DNA of 64,000 nt, taken from the IMG/VR virus record IMGVR_UViG_3300027969_000045; one strand, 5' to 3'. The DNA is from a virus. Below, piece after piece: positions 1-9,239 of this stretch. The number at the start of each line of letters is the position of its first letter. The stretch's first letter is position 1. A model generated the notes under the pieces. The model saw only the letters and a program-made list of their open reading frames with translations, was not told where the DNA came from and ran no database searches. The translations under genes were made by a program, and so were the position numbers.

Positions 1-2
1 TG

Positions 3-377
3 ATGGAACCTTATAGAACAAAGGAGAAGAAACAAAAATATTGTGAGGACAATAAAGAAAAAGTTAATGGAATAAAAAGAAAATATGCTAAAACTGAAAG
101 GGGCAAGGCAATAGGTTGTGAAAAGTCAAGGAGGTATAGTGCCAGAAAACAACTTGGCATTCCGGTAGATATTACAGAACAGCAACTTAGGCAAATACAG
201 GAAGTATATCAACAGGCACAGCACTTGACTTTTACTACTGGTGTGCAGTATGATGTAGACCATATTGTTCCCTTATTTGAAGGTGGATTGCACCATCCGA
301 ATAATTTACAAGTTATCACACACAAAGAGCATCTTATGAAAACTGCGAAAGAAAATAGTAGGAGGCAACAGAAGTGA
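3..377 (+). CDS. HNH homing endonuclease (probably 5'-truncated by window edge)
   Basis: YDVDHIVPL..GGLHHPNNLQVITHKEH HNH motif at C-terminus; basic N-terminus; directly upstream of gp47. Confidence 0.8.
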   Translation: MEPYRTKEKKQKYCEDNKEKVNGIKRKYAKTERGKAIGCEKSRRYSARKQLGIPVDITEQQLRQIQEVYQQAQHLTFTTGVQYDVDHIVPLFEGGLHHPNNLQVITHKEHLMKTAKENSRRQQK

Positions 378-1417
378 AGGTGGGTTTGATTTGTGACACC
401 CACTATGGATTTAAGAAAGCAAATAAATCTTTTCACGATTATTTTGCTAAATTTTATGGTGAAGTATTTTTCCCTATATTAGAAAAAAGAAAAATCAAAA
501 CAGTAGTTCATTTGGGAGATTCTTTTGATAATCGCAAAGGTGTTGATTATTGGGCATTAGAATGGGCAAAGAAGAATGTTTATGACCGATTTGAAAAATT
601 GGGAATCACAGTTTATAATATAGTAGGAAACCACGATTCTTATTATAAGAATTCCAATGAAGTAAATGCAGTTGATGGATTGTTAAAACAATATGATAAT
701 GTGATACCAATTTCAAGACCAACAGAAATTTGTATTGAAGGAATGAATTCTTTGGTTCTTCCTTGGATTTGTTCCGATAATGAAGAAGAAACTTTTAATT
801 TAATTCAAGAAACCAAAGCAAAAGTTGTTTTTGGGCATTTAGAGTTAAATGGATTTTCTGCTTATCCTGGCCATATTATGACTGATGGATTGTCTGCTGA
901 AAAATTTGAAAAATTTGATAGAGTATTTACCGGTCATTATCATACTAAATCTGATAATGAAAAAGTATTTTATCTCGGAAATCCTTATCAAATGTTTTGG
1001 AATGATGTGGATGATGCTAGAGGATTTCATATTTTTGATACTGATACTTATGAATTGGAATATTTTAAAAATCCATACAATATATTTGAAAGAATCTACT
1101 ATGAAGATAGTGATATAAAAAAAATTGACAGTCCCATTTTAAAAGATAAAATTGTAAAAGTTATAGTTCGCAAAAAAACAAATCAATTAAATTTTGATAA
1201 ATTTTTAGATAAAATTGTAAAATCTTCACCTTTAGATTTGAAAGTTGTAGAAATTATTGATGTTGATGATGAAGATGTAGATTGCGAAGAAATATCTGCA
1301 GAAGATACATTATCCATTTTGGATAAATATGTAGAAGAAGCGGAATTTGGTTTAGACAAAACTATAATCAAAAAACTACTTCGGGATGTATATAAAGAAG
1401 CATTGGAATCAAACTGA
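374..1417 (+). CDS. gp47: T4 gp47-like recombination endonuclease subunit (Mre11/SbcD family)
   Basis: Metallophosphoesterase motifs DTHYG, LGDSFD, GNHD, GHLE, TGHYH; adjacent to gp46; GTG start. Confidence 0.95.
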   Translation: MKVGLICDTHYGFKKANKSFHDYFAKFYGEVFFPILEKRKIKTVVHLGDSFDNRKGVDYWALEWAKKNVYDRFEKLGITVYNIVGNHDSYYKNSNEVNAVDGLLKQYDNVIPISRPTEICIEGMNSLVLPWICSDNEEETFNLIQETKAKVVFGHLELNGFSAYPGHIMTDGLSAEKFEKFDRVFTGHYHTKSDNEKVFYLGNPYQMFWNDVDDARGFHIFDTDTYELEYFKNPYNIFERIYYEDSDIKKIDSPILKDKIVKVIVRKKTNQLNFDKFLDKIVKSSPLDLKVVEIIDVDDEDVDCEEISAEDTLSILDKYVEEAEFGLDKTIIKKLLRDVYKEALESN

Positions 1418-1701
1418 TGTATTTACTTACAATTAAAGGAAAAGAAGACGAAGGGGCATATGCCGTAACCGATGAAGATGGAGAAAAGGCTCTGTATCTT
1501 TTTGAGGATGGTGATGATGCTGAACGTTATTCTGGATTATTGGAAGCAGAAGATTATCCTGAAATGACTATAATTGAAGTTGATGATGATCTTGCAGTAA
1601 AAACCTGCGAGATCTATGGGTACAATTATGTTATAATTAATTCAAATGATTTTGTAATACCACCAAGAGAATATGATACTGTTCAAGCGAATAAAATTTA
1701 A
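1417..1701 (+). CDS. Hypothetical acidic protein between gp47 and gp46
   Basis: Coupled to the gp47 stop; position typical of cyanomyophages. Confidence 0.75.
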   Translation: MYLLTIKGKEDEGAYAVTDEDGEKALYLFEDGDDAERYSGLLEAEDYPEMTIIEVDDDLAVKTCEIYGYNYVIINSNDFVIPPREYDTVQANKI

Positions 1702-3388
1702 GAATTTTTTGTCTTCTGGAAATACGCCAACAGAAATTAATTTTGCCGAAGTTTCAACAACATTAATTGTTGGAACAAATGGTTCTGGCAAAAGTACAAT
1801 GTTGGATGCCTTGTGTTTTGTTTTATTCAATAAAGCATTTAGAAAGATTGTAAAAAATCAACTCATCAATTCAACCAATGAAAAAGAATGTCTGGTTGAA
1901 ATTGAATTTAATATTTCAGACAAAGAATATAAAGTCATAAGAGGAATTAAACCAAATATTTTTGAAATTTGGATTGATGGTGTTCTACAAAATCAAGTAG
2001 CAGCATCAAACGACCAACAAAAATACCTAGAAGATACAATACTGAAATTAAATTATAAATCATTTACGCAAATTGTAATTCTTGGAAGTGCTTCTTTTGT
2101 GCCTTTTATGCAACTTTCGGCAGCACATCGTCGTGAAGTTGTGGAAGACTTATTGGATATTAAAATATTTTCAACAATGAATTCCATTTTAAAAGAAAAA
2201 ATAAGAAATTCAAATGAAAAAATAAAAGAATTCACTTTGCTTGAAAAATCAATTGACGAAAAGATTTTGATGCAGACTGATTTTATTGAAGAATTGGAAA
2301 AAAGAGGTAAAAAAAATATAGAGCAAAAGCAAAATAAAATTCAAGAACTTTTTGATTTAGAAGTTTCTGTGAGTGATGAAATTGACGCGATACAAAAAAA
2401 AGTTGTTTCATTAAATTCGCAACTTGAAGAGTTTTCGGATGCAGCAACTAAACTCAAAAAACTCACCTCCCTTAAAGGAAAAATACAACAAAAAGTTATT
2501 TCTATTACTGAAGAGCACAAATTTTTTAATGAGAATTCTGTATGTCCAACTTGCAAACAATCAATTGAAGAAGATTTTAGGTTCAATAAAGTAAATGAAA
2601 TAGAAACAAATTCAAAAGATTTGAAAGAAGGATATGTTGAATTGGAAAGGACAATTGAAGATGAAGAAAAAAGAGAAGAACAATTCATTCAAATTTCAAA
2701 AGAAATATCAAGATTGAATAATGAAATTTCCAAAGATAATATTTGTATTTCAAATTACAGAAAAAATATTAAAGAATTGCAGAATGAAATTCAAACCATT
2801 ACAGAGCAATTTGAAAATAAAAACATTGAAACCGAAAAATTAAAATTTTTACATAAAGAAAAAGAAGATAATTTTAAAAAGAAATCAAAATATAAAGAAA
2901 CTGTAAATTATTTTGACTTTGCTCAACTTTTAATGAAAGACGGTGGGGTTAAATCAAAAATTATTCAAAAGTATATTCCATTGATGAATCAACAAATCAA
3001 TAAGTATTTGCAGATGATGGAGTTTTATATTAATTTTACTCTTGATGATGAATTCAAAGAACATATTAAATCTCCAATTCACGAAGATTTCAGTTATGAA
3101 AGTTTTAGTGAAGGCGAAAAAATGAGAATTAACTTGGCAATTCTTTTCACTTGGAGAGAAATTGCTAGAATGAAAAATAGTGTCTCTACAAATCTTTTGA
3201 TTTTAGATGAAGTTTTTGATAGTTCTTTAGATAATACTGGAACTGATTACTTTACAAAAATCATCAAATATGTGATTAAAGATACTAATGTGTTTGTGAT
3301 TTCGCATAAGACAGATGAATTGATTGCTAAGTTTGATAAAATTATTACATTTGAAAAAGTGAAAGGATTTTCTAAGATAAGCACTTGA
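1673..3388 (+). CDS. gp46: T4 gp46-like recombination ATPase (Rad50/SbcC family)
   Basis: Walker A GTNGSGKS, zinc hook CPTC, signature FSEGE, Walker B LILDEVFD, coiled coils. Confidence 0.96.
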   Translation: MILFKRIKFKNFLSSGNTPTEINFAEVSTTLIVGTNGSGKSTMLDALCFVLFNKAFRKIVKNQLINSTNEKECLVEIEFNISDKEYKVIRGIKPNIFEIWIDGVLQNQVAASNDQQKYLEDTILKLNYKSFTQIVILGSASFVPFMQLSAAHRREVVEDLLDIKIFSTMNSILKEKIRNSNEKIKEFTLLEKSIDEKILMQTDFIEELEKRGKKNIEQKQNKIQELFDLEVSVSDEIDAIQKKVVSLNSQLEEFSDAATKLKKLTSLKGKIQQKVISITEEHKFFNENSVCPTCKQSIEEDFRFNKVNEIETNSKDLKEGYVELERTIEDEEKREEQFIQISKEISRLNNEISKDNICISNYRKNIKELQNEIQTITEQFENKNIETEKLKFLHKEKEDNFKKKSKYKETVNYFDFAQLLMKDGGVKSKIIQKYIPLMNQQINKYLQMMEFYINFTLDDEFKEHIKSPIHEDFSYESFSEGEKMRINLAILFTWREIARMKNSVSTNLLILDEVFDSSLDNTGTDYFTKIIKYVIKDTNVFVISHKTDELIAKFDKIITFEKVKGFSKIST

Positions 3389-3413
3389 CTTTTTTTGATT
3401 TTTGTGTTAGTAT
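3385..3413 (+). promoter_or_regulatory. sigma70-type early promoter
   Basis: TTGACT-17 bp-TAGTAT upstream of 3438. Confidence 0.55.
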
Positions 3414-3437
3414 TTTAAGGTAGTTTGATACTAAATT

Positions 3438-3746
3438 ATGAAATGGAAGTACAATGAAGAACAAATTCTAAAAGATATTGGTGAATATGTTCTCAGTACA
3501 TATGGTAGTCATTACGTCGGCAGTGAAGAAGGATATGAAGATATTCAAACGATTGATTTGGCTGCTTCCAAAGGACTTGCTCAAGACTTCTGTCAAGTGA
3601 ATATTTTGAAGTATGGTTCTAGATATGGGCAAAAGAATGGTCGCAATAAAAGAGATTTGCTTAAAGTCATTCATTATGCTATGCTACTTCTTCACTTTGA
3701 CAGGCACTATAGCCGTGTTGATAATGGACTGGATGAATTTAAATGA
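3438..3746 (+). CDS. Conserved phage hypothetical protein upstream of gp45
   Basis: NILKYGSRYGQK..DLLKVIHYA motif; coupled to gp45. Confidence 0.75.
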   Translation: MKWKYNEEQILKDIGEYVLSTYGSHYVGSEEGYEDIQTIDLAASKGLAQDFCQVNILKYGSRYGQKNGRNKRDLLKVIHYAMLLLHFDRHYSRVDNGLDEFK

Positions 3747-4408
3747 AACTATCTGAAAATACAATTTCAATTCTTAAAAACTTTGCGTCAATTAATCAAT
3801 CTATTCTTGTGAAGAGTGGATCAAAAATTCGCACTATGTCTGTAATAAAAACTATCTTGGCACAGGCAGAAGTAGAAGAAGAATTTCCAAAAGACTTTGC
3901 AATTTATGATTTAAATCAATTTCTAAACGGTCTTAGCCTTCACCAAGACCCAGAACTTGATTTTTCAAATGATAATTATCTTGTAATCCGAGAAGGGAAA
4001 CGTAAGGTAAAGTATTTCTTTGCTGATCCAGAAGTAATTGTTTCTGCGCCAGAAAAAGAAATTGAACTTCCTTCCAAAGATGTTTGTTTTCAACTTGATC
4101 ATTCCCATTTAGATAAATTGAAAAAAGCATCAGCAGTATATCAGTTGAATGATCTATCTGTAATTGGTGATGCTGGTGTAATTCGTTTGGTTGTAAGAGA
4201 TAAGAGAAACGATACTTCTAACGAGTATTCAATTACTGTGGGAGAAACTGATAAGGAATTTGTGTTTAATTTTAAAGTTGAAAATCTTAAAATTATTCCA
4301 ACAAATTATGATGTTGTGATTTCATCTAAACTCATTTCCCAATTTACAAATGAGAAGTATAATTTGAATTATTGGATTCCAATGGAACCCGATTCTGAAT
4401 TTAAATAA
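3743..4408 (+). CDS. gp45: Sliding clamp
   Basis: MKLSENTISILKNFASINQSI N-terminus, FAIYDLNQFL, 221 aa, T4 synteny. Confidence 0.93.
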   Translation: MKLSENTISILKNFASINQSILVKSGSKIRTMSVIKTILAQAEVEEEFPKDFAIYDLNQFLNGLSLHQDPELDFSNDNYLVIREGKRKVKYFFADPEVIVSAPEKEIELPSKDVCFQLDHSHLDKLKKASAVYQLNDLSVIGDAGVIRLVVRDKRNDTSNEYSITVGETDKEFVFNFKVENLKIIPTNYDVVISSKLISQFTNEKYNLNYWIPMEPDSEFK

Positions 4409-4425
4409 CTTTATTTTTTTATATT

Positions 4426-4956
4426 ATGAACATTTTTGCCAATGATCAGTGTCCGGTGCTTTCTGCCGTGGCACTTCCTGACAAATACTCAGTGAAAATG
4501 CCCTTGGAGACCTGTCAGATGATTTCTGTCATCTACTCCAAGTGGTACTATGATTGGGGAACCATTCCAAAGAAAGACGGCACCCCCTATAATACAGAGA
4601 AGGGTGCCTTCCGTAATCATCCTTGTACTCAATGGGCAGCAAAATCCCACGAGAACCTTGCTTGGTTGATTCGGCACGGATTTGCCCTTTGTAATGAGTA
4701 TCGGCATCGTTATGAAAAAGACCACGCTTGTATGAAAGGTCTTGAAGTTGCGGAGAATATCTTTGCTACTAAAAGTGGAAAAGAAATCGGTATCTACAAA
4801 AATGTGGTAGAATTCACAAGGGCAATGTCGGATGAGTTCAAGTGCGATACTTCAATTGATACATTTGAGGCATATAGAAGATATGTTGCCTCCAAACCCT
4901 GGGTGAAGGATAATTACCTTCGCATCCCCGAAAGACGACCGCAATGGGTGGTATAA
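4426..4956 (+). CDS. Pyrimidine-dimer DNA glycosylase-like protein
   Basis: MNIF..DK..VKMPLETCQM, NHPCTQW, LCNEYRHRY.K.H motifs resemble the DenV-related family. Confidence 0.6.
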   Translation: MNIFANDQCPVLSAVALPDKYSVKMPLETCQMISVIYSKWYYDWGTIPKKDGTPYNTEKGAFRNHPCTQWAAKSHENLAWLIRHGFALCNEYRHRYEKDHACMKGLEVAENIFATKSGKEIGIYKNVVEFTRAMSDEFKCDTSIDTFEAYRRYVASKPWVKDNYLRIPERRPQWVV

Positions 4957-5048
4957 ATAATGATGCCTGGTTTGTTCGCACTTTTCGGGTGGGGGAGTAG
5001 AAATGCTCTCCCTTATAAATAGTATTGCGAACAAACAACAGAGCAGAA
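4952..5048 (+). ncRNA. Dual late promoter plus structured RNA cassette, copy 1 (candidate sRNA or pseudoknot)
   Basis: TATAAATA 4952; stem GCCTG/CGGGT; loop GTTTGTTCGCA complementary to TGCGAACAAAC 5026-5036; GAAA-tetraloop hairpin 4991-5012; second TATAAATA 5014; same architecture at 23312. Confidence 0.6.
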
Positions 5049-5618
5049 ATGTATTACTACACTTACGCATATTTGCGTGAAGATAAAACTCCTTATTATA
5101 TTGGTAAGGGTAAAGGTAATAGAATTAACTCTAAACAAAGAAGTATAAAACCCCCCAAAGATAAAAGTAGAATAATATACCTCAAACAAAATCTAACTGA
5201 AGCAGAGGCATTTAGACACGAAATCTATATGATTGCTGTGTTCGGTAGAAAGGATTTAGGAACTGGTATTCTTCATAATAGAACTGATGGTGGTGATGGT
5301 GCTTCTGGTACTGTAAGAAGTGTGGAAGTTAAGAAAAAGCAAAGTGAAAGGATGAGTGGAGAAAACAATCCTCACTATGGTAAAAGAGGTAAAGAGGGAC
5401 CTCATTATGGTAAAAAACATACGCAAGAAACAAAAGATAGAATAAGAAAATCTCTACAAGGTAATGTAATTTCCAAAGAAACTAGAATAAAGATTAGTGA
5501 AAAAAATAAACTAAATCAACTTGGAGAAAACAATTCCTTTTATGGGAGAAAACATACAGAAGAAACTAAAAGAAAAATGAGTGAGGCAGCAAAACGAAGA
5601 AAAGAAAAAGGTTCTTGA
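5049..5618 (+). CDS. GIY-YIG homing endonuclease with NUMOD3-like repeats
   Basis: YTYAY..YYIGKG..R..E..N catalytic module; HYGKKHTQETK and FYGRKHTEETKRKMS repeats; ATG 5049 follows a late promoter. Confidence 0.85.
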   Translation: MYYYTYAYLREDKTPYYIGKGKGNRINSKQRSIKPPKDKSRIIYLKQNLTEAEAFRHEIYMIAVFGRKDLGTGILHNRTDGGDGASGTVRSVEVKKKQSERMSGENNPHYGKRGKEGPHYGKKHTQETKDRIRKSLQGNVISKETRIKISEKNKLNQLGENNSFYGRKHTEETKRKMSEAAKRRKEKGS

Positions 5619-5643
5619 CTTTTGTTGATTGTCGTGCTAAACT
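5615..5643 (+). promoter_or_regulatory. sigma70-type early promoter
   Basis: TTGACT-17 bp-TAAACT with TG extension. Confidence 0.55.
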
Positions 5644-5670
5644 AAACACTAAACCTTACTGGATTTAATT

Positions 5671-6108
5671 ATGACTACGATTAAAACTTATGCGATTAAT
5701 GAACTCACCAGAATTGGAATGTATAATTCTGGGGAAGAAATGAATGATGAAATGTGTGAACATATTCTCAAAATAGTGGATGTATTTGACGAAGAGGGGC
5801 ACTCTGGATTTTCGGCAGAATATGCGATTGGTATTCTTCAAAAACTTCTAAGATGGGAACCACTTTCGCCCTTGACTGGTGATGATGATGAGTGGAAGAA
5901 TTTGGAGAATGAAGGATTTCAAAATAAGAGATGCTCTCGTGTCTTCAAGGATGAAAAAGGTGGACAAGCATATGATATTCGTGGCAAAGTCTTCGTAAAT
6001 CCTGATGGTGCTGCTTTTACTAGTCGTGACAGTCGGGTGTATATTGACTTTCCGTATGTTCCTAAAACTGAATATGTAAATGTAGAACACGAAACTACTG
6101 AAGACTGA
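5671..6108 (+). CDS. Hypothetical phage protein
   Basis: GHSGFSA..PLSPLTG.DDEW..QNKRCSRVFK motifs; normal codon usage. Confidence 0.7.
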   Translation: MTTIKTYAINELTRIGMYNSGEEMNDEMCEHILKIVDVFDEEGHSGFSAEYAIGILQKLLRWEPLSPLTGDDDEWKNLENEGFQNKRCSRVFKDEKGGQAYDIRGKVFVNPDGAAFTSRDSRVYIDFPYVPKTEYVNVEHETTED

Positions 6109-6110
6109 TT

Positions 6111-6347
6111 ATGACTTTTAAATTAACACAAGAACAAATCGATACTATTCGAGAAGTATTTGATAAACAATCACCCGGACAGTATGATTTTGATTGTTGG
6201 GAAGGAATATACAAACAACTCCTACTGGCGGATGAAAAATATATTAAAATAACTGAAGAAGGAAAGGAAGTACTTTCAATTTTTTATCTGAAACCTCAAG
6301 GTAGGGGACCACTTTGTATCGAAATGGTAAAAGTAACCAGAGATTGA
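6111..6347 (+). CDS. Hypothetical protein
   Basis: In-operon ORF, 78 aa. Confidence 0.6.
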   Translation: MTFKLTQEQIDTIREVFDKQSPGQYDFDCWEGIYKQLLLADEKYIKITEEGKEVLSIFYLKPQGRGPLCIEMVKVTRD

Positions 6348-6389
6348 GATTATTCGCAGATTATTATTACCTTTGAACTTATTTAAATT

Positions 6390-7343
6390 ATGAACACAGA
6401 CAGAACTGACTTCTTGTGGTGCGAAAAATATCGCCCAAAGACGATTGAGGATTGTATCCTTCCAGAAGGTATTAAAAAGACTTTCCAAGACTTTCTAAAT
6501 AGGGGTGAAATTCCAAATATGCTACTTGCCGGTCCTGCCGGATGTGGTAAGACTACAGTAGCAAAAGCACTATGTAATGAATTAGGGGTAGATTTTTATG
6601 TCATTAATGGATCCGACGAAGGTAGATTCCTCGATACTGTCCGAAACAATGCGAAAAACTTTGCTTCGACCGTCTCACTTTCTTCGGATGCTAAACACAA
6701 AGTCATCATCATTGATGAAGCAGACAATTCAAGTAAAGATGTTCAACTCCTTCTACGGGCGTTTACTGAGGAATTTAACAAGAATTGCCGATTTATCTTT
6801 ACCTGTAACTACAAAAACAAAATTATTGAACCCCTTCACTCCCGATGTGCAGTTGTTGAGTTCTCAATCCAAGGCAAAGAAAAAGCGCAGTTGGCAGGAT
6901 CCTTTTTCAAGCGTCTTCAAAACATCTTGGATGAAGAGAGGATCCGATATGATCCGAAAGTCCTTGCAGAACTGATCAATAAGCACTTTCCTGATTGGCG
7001 TAGAGTTCTCAACGAATGCCAAAGGTATTCTGTAAGTGGTGAAATTGATTCTGGTATTCTTGCATCGTTCTCTGACGTAAAAGTAAATGATCTCATTAAA
7101 TGTCTCAAAGAAAAGAACTTTACGGAAGTTCGTAAATGGGTTATATCCAATCTTGATAATGACTCTTCTGTTATTCTTCGTAGGGTGTATGATGCACTTT
7201 ATGAATCTTTGGTTCCTTCTAGTATTCCTGCCGCTGTTCTTACTATTGCGAAGTATTTGTATCAAGGTAGTTTTGTTGCCGACAATGAAATAAATCTTCT
7301 TGCTTGTTTGACTGAAATAATGTGTGAGTGCGAGTTCCTATGA
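6390..7343 (+). CDS. gp44: Clamp loader large subunit (AAA+)
   Basis: WCEKYRP, GPAGCGKT, IIIDEAD, SRC motif. Confidence 0.96.
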   Translation: MNTDRTDFLWCEKYRPKTIEDCILPEGIKKTFQDFLNRGEIPNMLLAGPAGCGKTTVAKALCNELGVDFYVINGSDEGRFLDTVRNNAKNFASTVSLSSDAKHKVIIIDEADNSSKDVQLLLRAFTEEFNKNCRFIFTCNYKNKIIEPLHSRCAVVEFSIQGKEKAQLAGSFFKRLQNILDEERIRYDPKVLAELINKHFPDWRRVLNECQRYSVSGEIDSGILASFSDVKVNDLIKCLKEKNFTEVRKWVISNLDNDSSVILRRVYDALYESLVPSSIPAAVLTIAKYLYQGSFVADNEINLLACLTEIMCECEFL

Positions 7344-7612
7344 GTTTCAATCACTTAAAAGACGAACCAGTAAAGACAACTCCTGAAAATGTGAAGGAAG
7401 CAAATGAAGCACTTTATCGTGCCAAGTGGAATCTTCCCCAAGCGGCAAAGCACTGTGGAATGACCAATAAAGAAATGAAATTAACCTTTTGGGAATATTT
7501 GAAGTATCATAAACCAGATTTTGAAATTCAAAAAGAACCAAAAATTCAACTTAATTTTGATGGTTGTTATAATTATAATAGATTGAAAAAAGAAGGATTA
7601 GCTGATGGTTGA
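7340..7612 (+). CDS. Hypothetical protein
   Basis: ATG overlaps gp44 stop; lies between gp44 and gp62. Confidence 0.65.
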   Translation: MSFNHLKDEPVKTTPENVKEANEALYRAKWNLPQAAKHCGMTNKEMKLTFWEYLKYHKPDFEIQKEPKIQLNFDGCYNYNRLKKEGLADG

Positions 7613-7988
7613 ACTTAAAGATTGGTTGAAATCAATCAATCAGAATAAAAAAAATATTATGGATGGCGACGCATCAACAGAAAAAGATTATGCTCCATAT
7701 ATTATCAATCGTTGCTTATCCGCACATATTGATTGCTTAATGTATGTAAATGAAATGAATAAATATCACTTTCTTCCAAAGAAGCTTCAATATGATTTTT
7801 TTATAAATATTTTGAGAACCAAAAAGAGATATTCTACTTGGTTAAGTAAAGAAAAAATCAAAGATATTGATTATGTCAAACGTTATTATGGATATAATAA
7901 TGAAAAGGCACTACAAGCTTTGTCTATTCTATCAAAAGAACAATTAACATTTATTAAAGCGAAATTTGAAACTGGAGGAACAAAATGA
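7605..7988 (+). CDS. gp62: Clamp loader small subunit
   Basis: LKDWLKSIN, YAPYIINRCLS, LQYDFF, YYGYNNEKA; synteny. Confidence 0.92.
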   Translation: MVELKDWLKSINQNKKNIMDGDASTEKDYAPYIINRCLSAHIDCLMYVNEMNKYHFLPKKLQYDFFINILRTKKRYSTWLSKEKIKDIDYVKRYYGYNNEKALQALSILSKEQLTFIKAKFETGGTK

Positions 7989-8422
7989 GTGTAATTCAAG
8001 AACCTGTTGTAAATTGGACACCTGACCAAATGGTTGAGGTAATCCTAAATGAACCTGATGACTTTCTGAAAGTTCGTGAAACTTTGACACGCATCGGAGT
8101 TGCTTCACGCAAGGAAAAGAAAATCTATCAATCTTGCCATATTCTTCACAAGCAAGGCAGATACTATCTTGTGCATTTTAAAGAATTATTTGCACTTGAT
8201 GGAAAACACGCAAATCTTACGGTAAATGATGTCCAACGTCGTAATCGTATTGTACAACTTCTTGCAGATTGGGGACTTATTACTATAATTTCTCCGGAAA
8301 AAATTACTGATATTGCACCTTTGAATCAAATTAAAGTTCTTGCATTTAAAGATAAGGGTGAATGGGAACTTGAAACCAAATATAATATTGGCAAAAAGAC
8401 CAAACCACAGGAAACCGAATGA
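7985..8422 (+). CDS. regA: Translational repressor RegA
   Basis: DDFLKVRETLTRIGVASRK..YQSCHILHKQGRYYLVHFKELF. Confidence 0.96.
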   Translation: MSVIQEPVVNWTPDQMVEVILNEPDDFLKVRETLTRIGVASRKEKKIYQSCHILHKQGRYYLVHFKELFALDGKHANLTVNDVQRRNRIVQLLADWGLITIISPEKITDIAPLNQIKVLAFKDKGEWELETKYNIGKKTKPQETE

Positions 8423-8428
8423 TTTTGT

Positions 8429-8453
8429 AGGGAGTTCAACACTCCCTTTTTTT
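8429..8453 (+). terminator. Rho-independent terminator
   Basis: AGGGAGT-tcaac-ACTCCCT followed by T run. Confidence 0.75.
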
Positions 8454-8471
8454 ATGTTCTGTGATATATAC

Positions 8472-8531
8472 TAGTGATGTTGCCTTCGGGGACATCATTC
8501 ACTTACAGACGCTTTAAGGAGGTCTATTATG
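8472..8531 (+). promoter_or_regulatory. Structured hsp20 5' leader with RBS-containing hairpin
   Basis: GTGATGT..CC-TTCG-GG..ACATCAT hairpin, then AGAC..GTCT stem enclosing AAGGAG just before ATG. Confidence 0.45.
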
Positions 8532-9014
8532 TTTGGAACAGATTCATTTACACTTACAGTACCACAAACTGCAAAGTATTTGTTGGAAATTCAAAAGAAT
8601 AGTATTGGGATGGATGAGTGGTTTAAAAAATTTGATAGTGCGTTTGATACGCACACAAATTATCCACCATACAATTTAGTCAAAGAAAGTAGTGTTGAAT
8701 TTAGATTAGAAATCGCACTTGCTGGATACAAAAAAGAAGATATTAGGGTATCTACGGAAGAAAATATACTTACCCTTGATGTAGCAGAAGATAAAAAATC
8801 CAAAGATGCTACCGAATATCTTCATAATGGAATAGCAAAAAGAAGATTGAAAAGAACTTGGACTTTATCTAATGATGTAGTTCTTGGTGATGTTTCTTTT
8901 GTTGATGGATTGCTTACCATCAAACTAAATAGAGTTATTCCAGAGCATCAAAAGAGAAAAGTTTATGAAATCATTTCAGGAGTTCGTGAAGACAATTCGG
9001 GAAATGAAGGGTGA
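8529..9014 (+). CDS. hsp20: Small heat shock protein Hsp20
   Basis: NYPPYNL, LEIALAGY, YLHNGIAKR, DGLLTI alpha-crystallin motifs. Confidence 0.92.
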   Translation: MFGTDSFTLTVPQTAKYLLEIQKNSIGMDEWFKKFDSAFDTHTNYPPYNLVKESSVEFRLEIALAGYKKEDIRVSTEENILTLDVAEDKKSKDATEYLHNGIAKRRLKRTWTLSNDVVLGDVSFVDGLLTIKLNRVIPEHQKRKVYEIISGVREDNSGNEG

Positions 9015-9126
9015 TTTTGGCGCTGATGAAAAGATGAGTGATCAACCAGTTAATTGTTATGGTAAAACCGTGAAATATAAAATGGCGCCAAACAAAAAAG
9101 TATGTGCCTTTAAAAGAAAAAGATAA
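8965..9126 (+). CDS. Small protein with T4 capsid-targeting-like N-terminus (not in ORF track)
   Basis: 53 aa MKSFQEFVKTIREMKGDFGADEK...KRKR; CTAAATA late promoter at 8925 inside hsp20. Confidence 0.6.
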   Translation: MKSFQEFVKTIREMKGDFGADEKMSDQPVNCYGKTVKYKMAPNKKVCAFKRKR

Positions 9127-9163
9127 ATAATTGTGGGCTACCCCAATTAACTATCGTCGCCGC

Positions 9164-9218
9164 AGAGGGGAAGACTGGCAGAATCAGTCTTGACACCCCT
9201 CTTTTTTCTTGTTATAAT
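9164..9218 (+). promoter_or_regulatory. Terminator-like hairpin overlapping a consensus sigma70 promoter
   Basis: AGAGGGG-AAGACTGG/TCAGTCTT-CCCCTCT stem with T run; TTGACA 9190, 17 bp, TATAAT 9213. Confidence 0.75.
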
Positions 9219-9239
9219 ATATGAACGTATGAGGAATTT

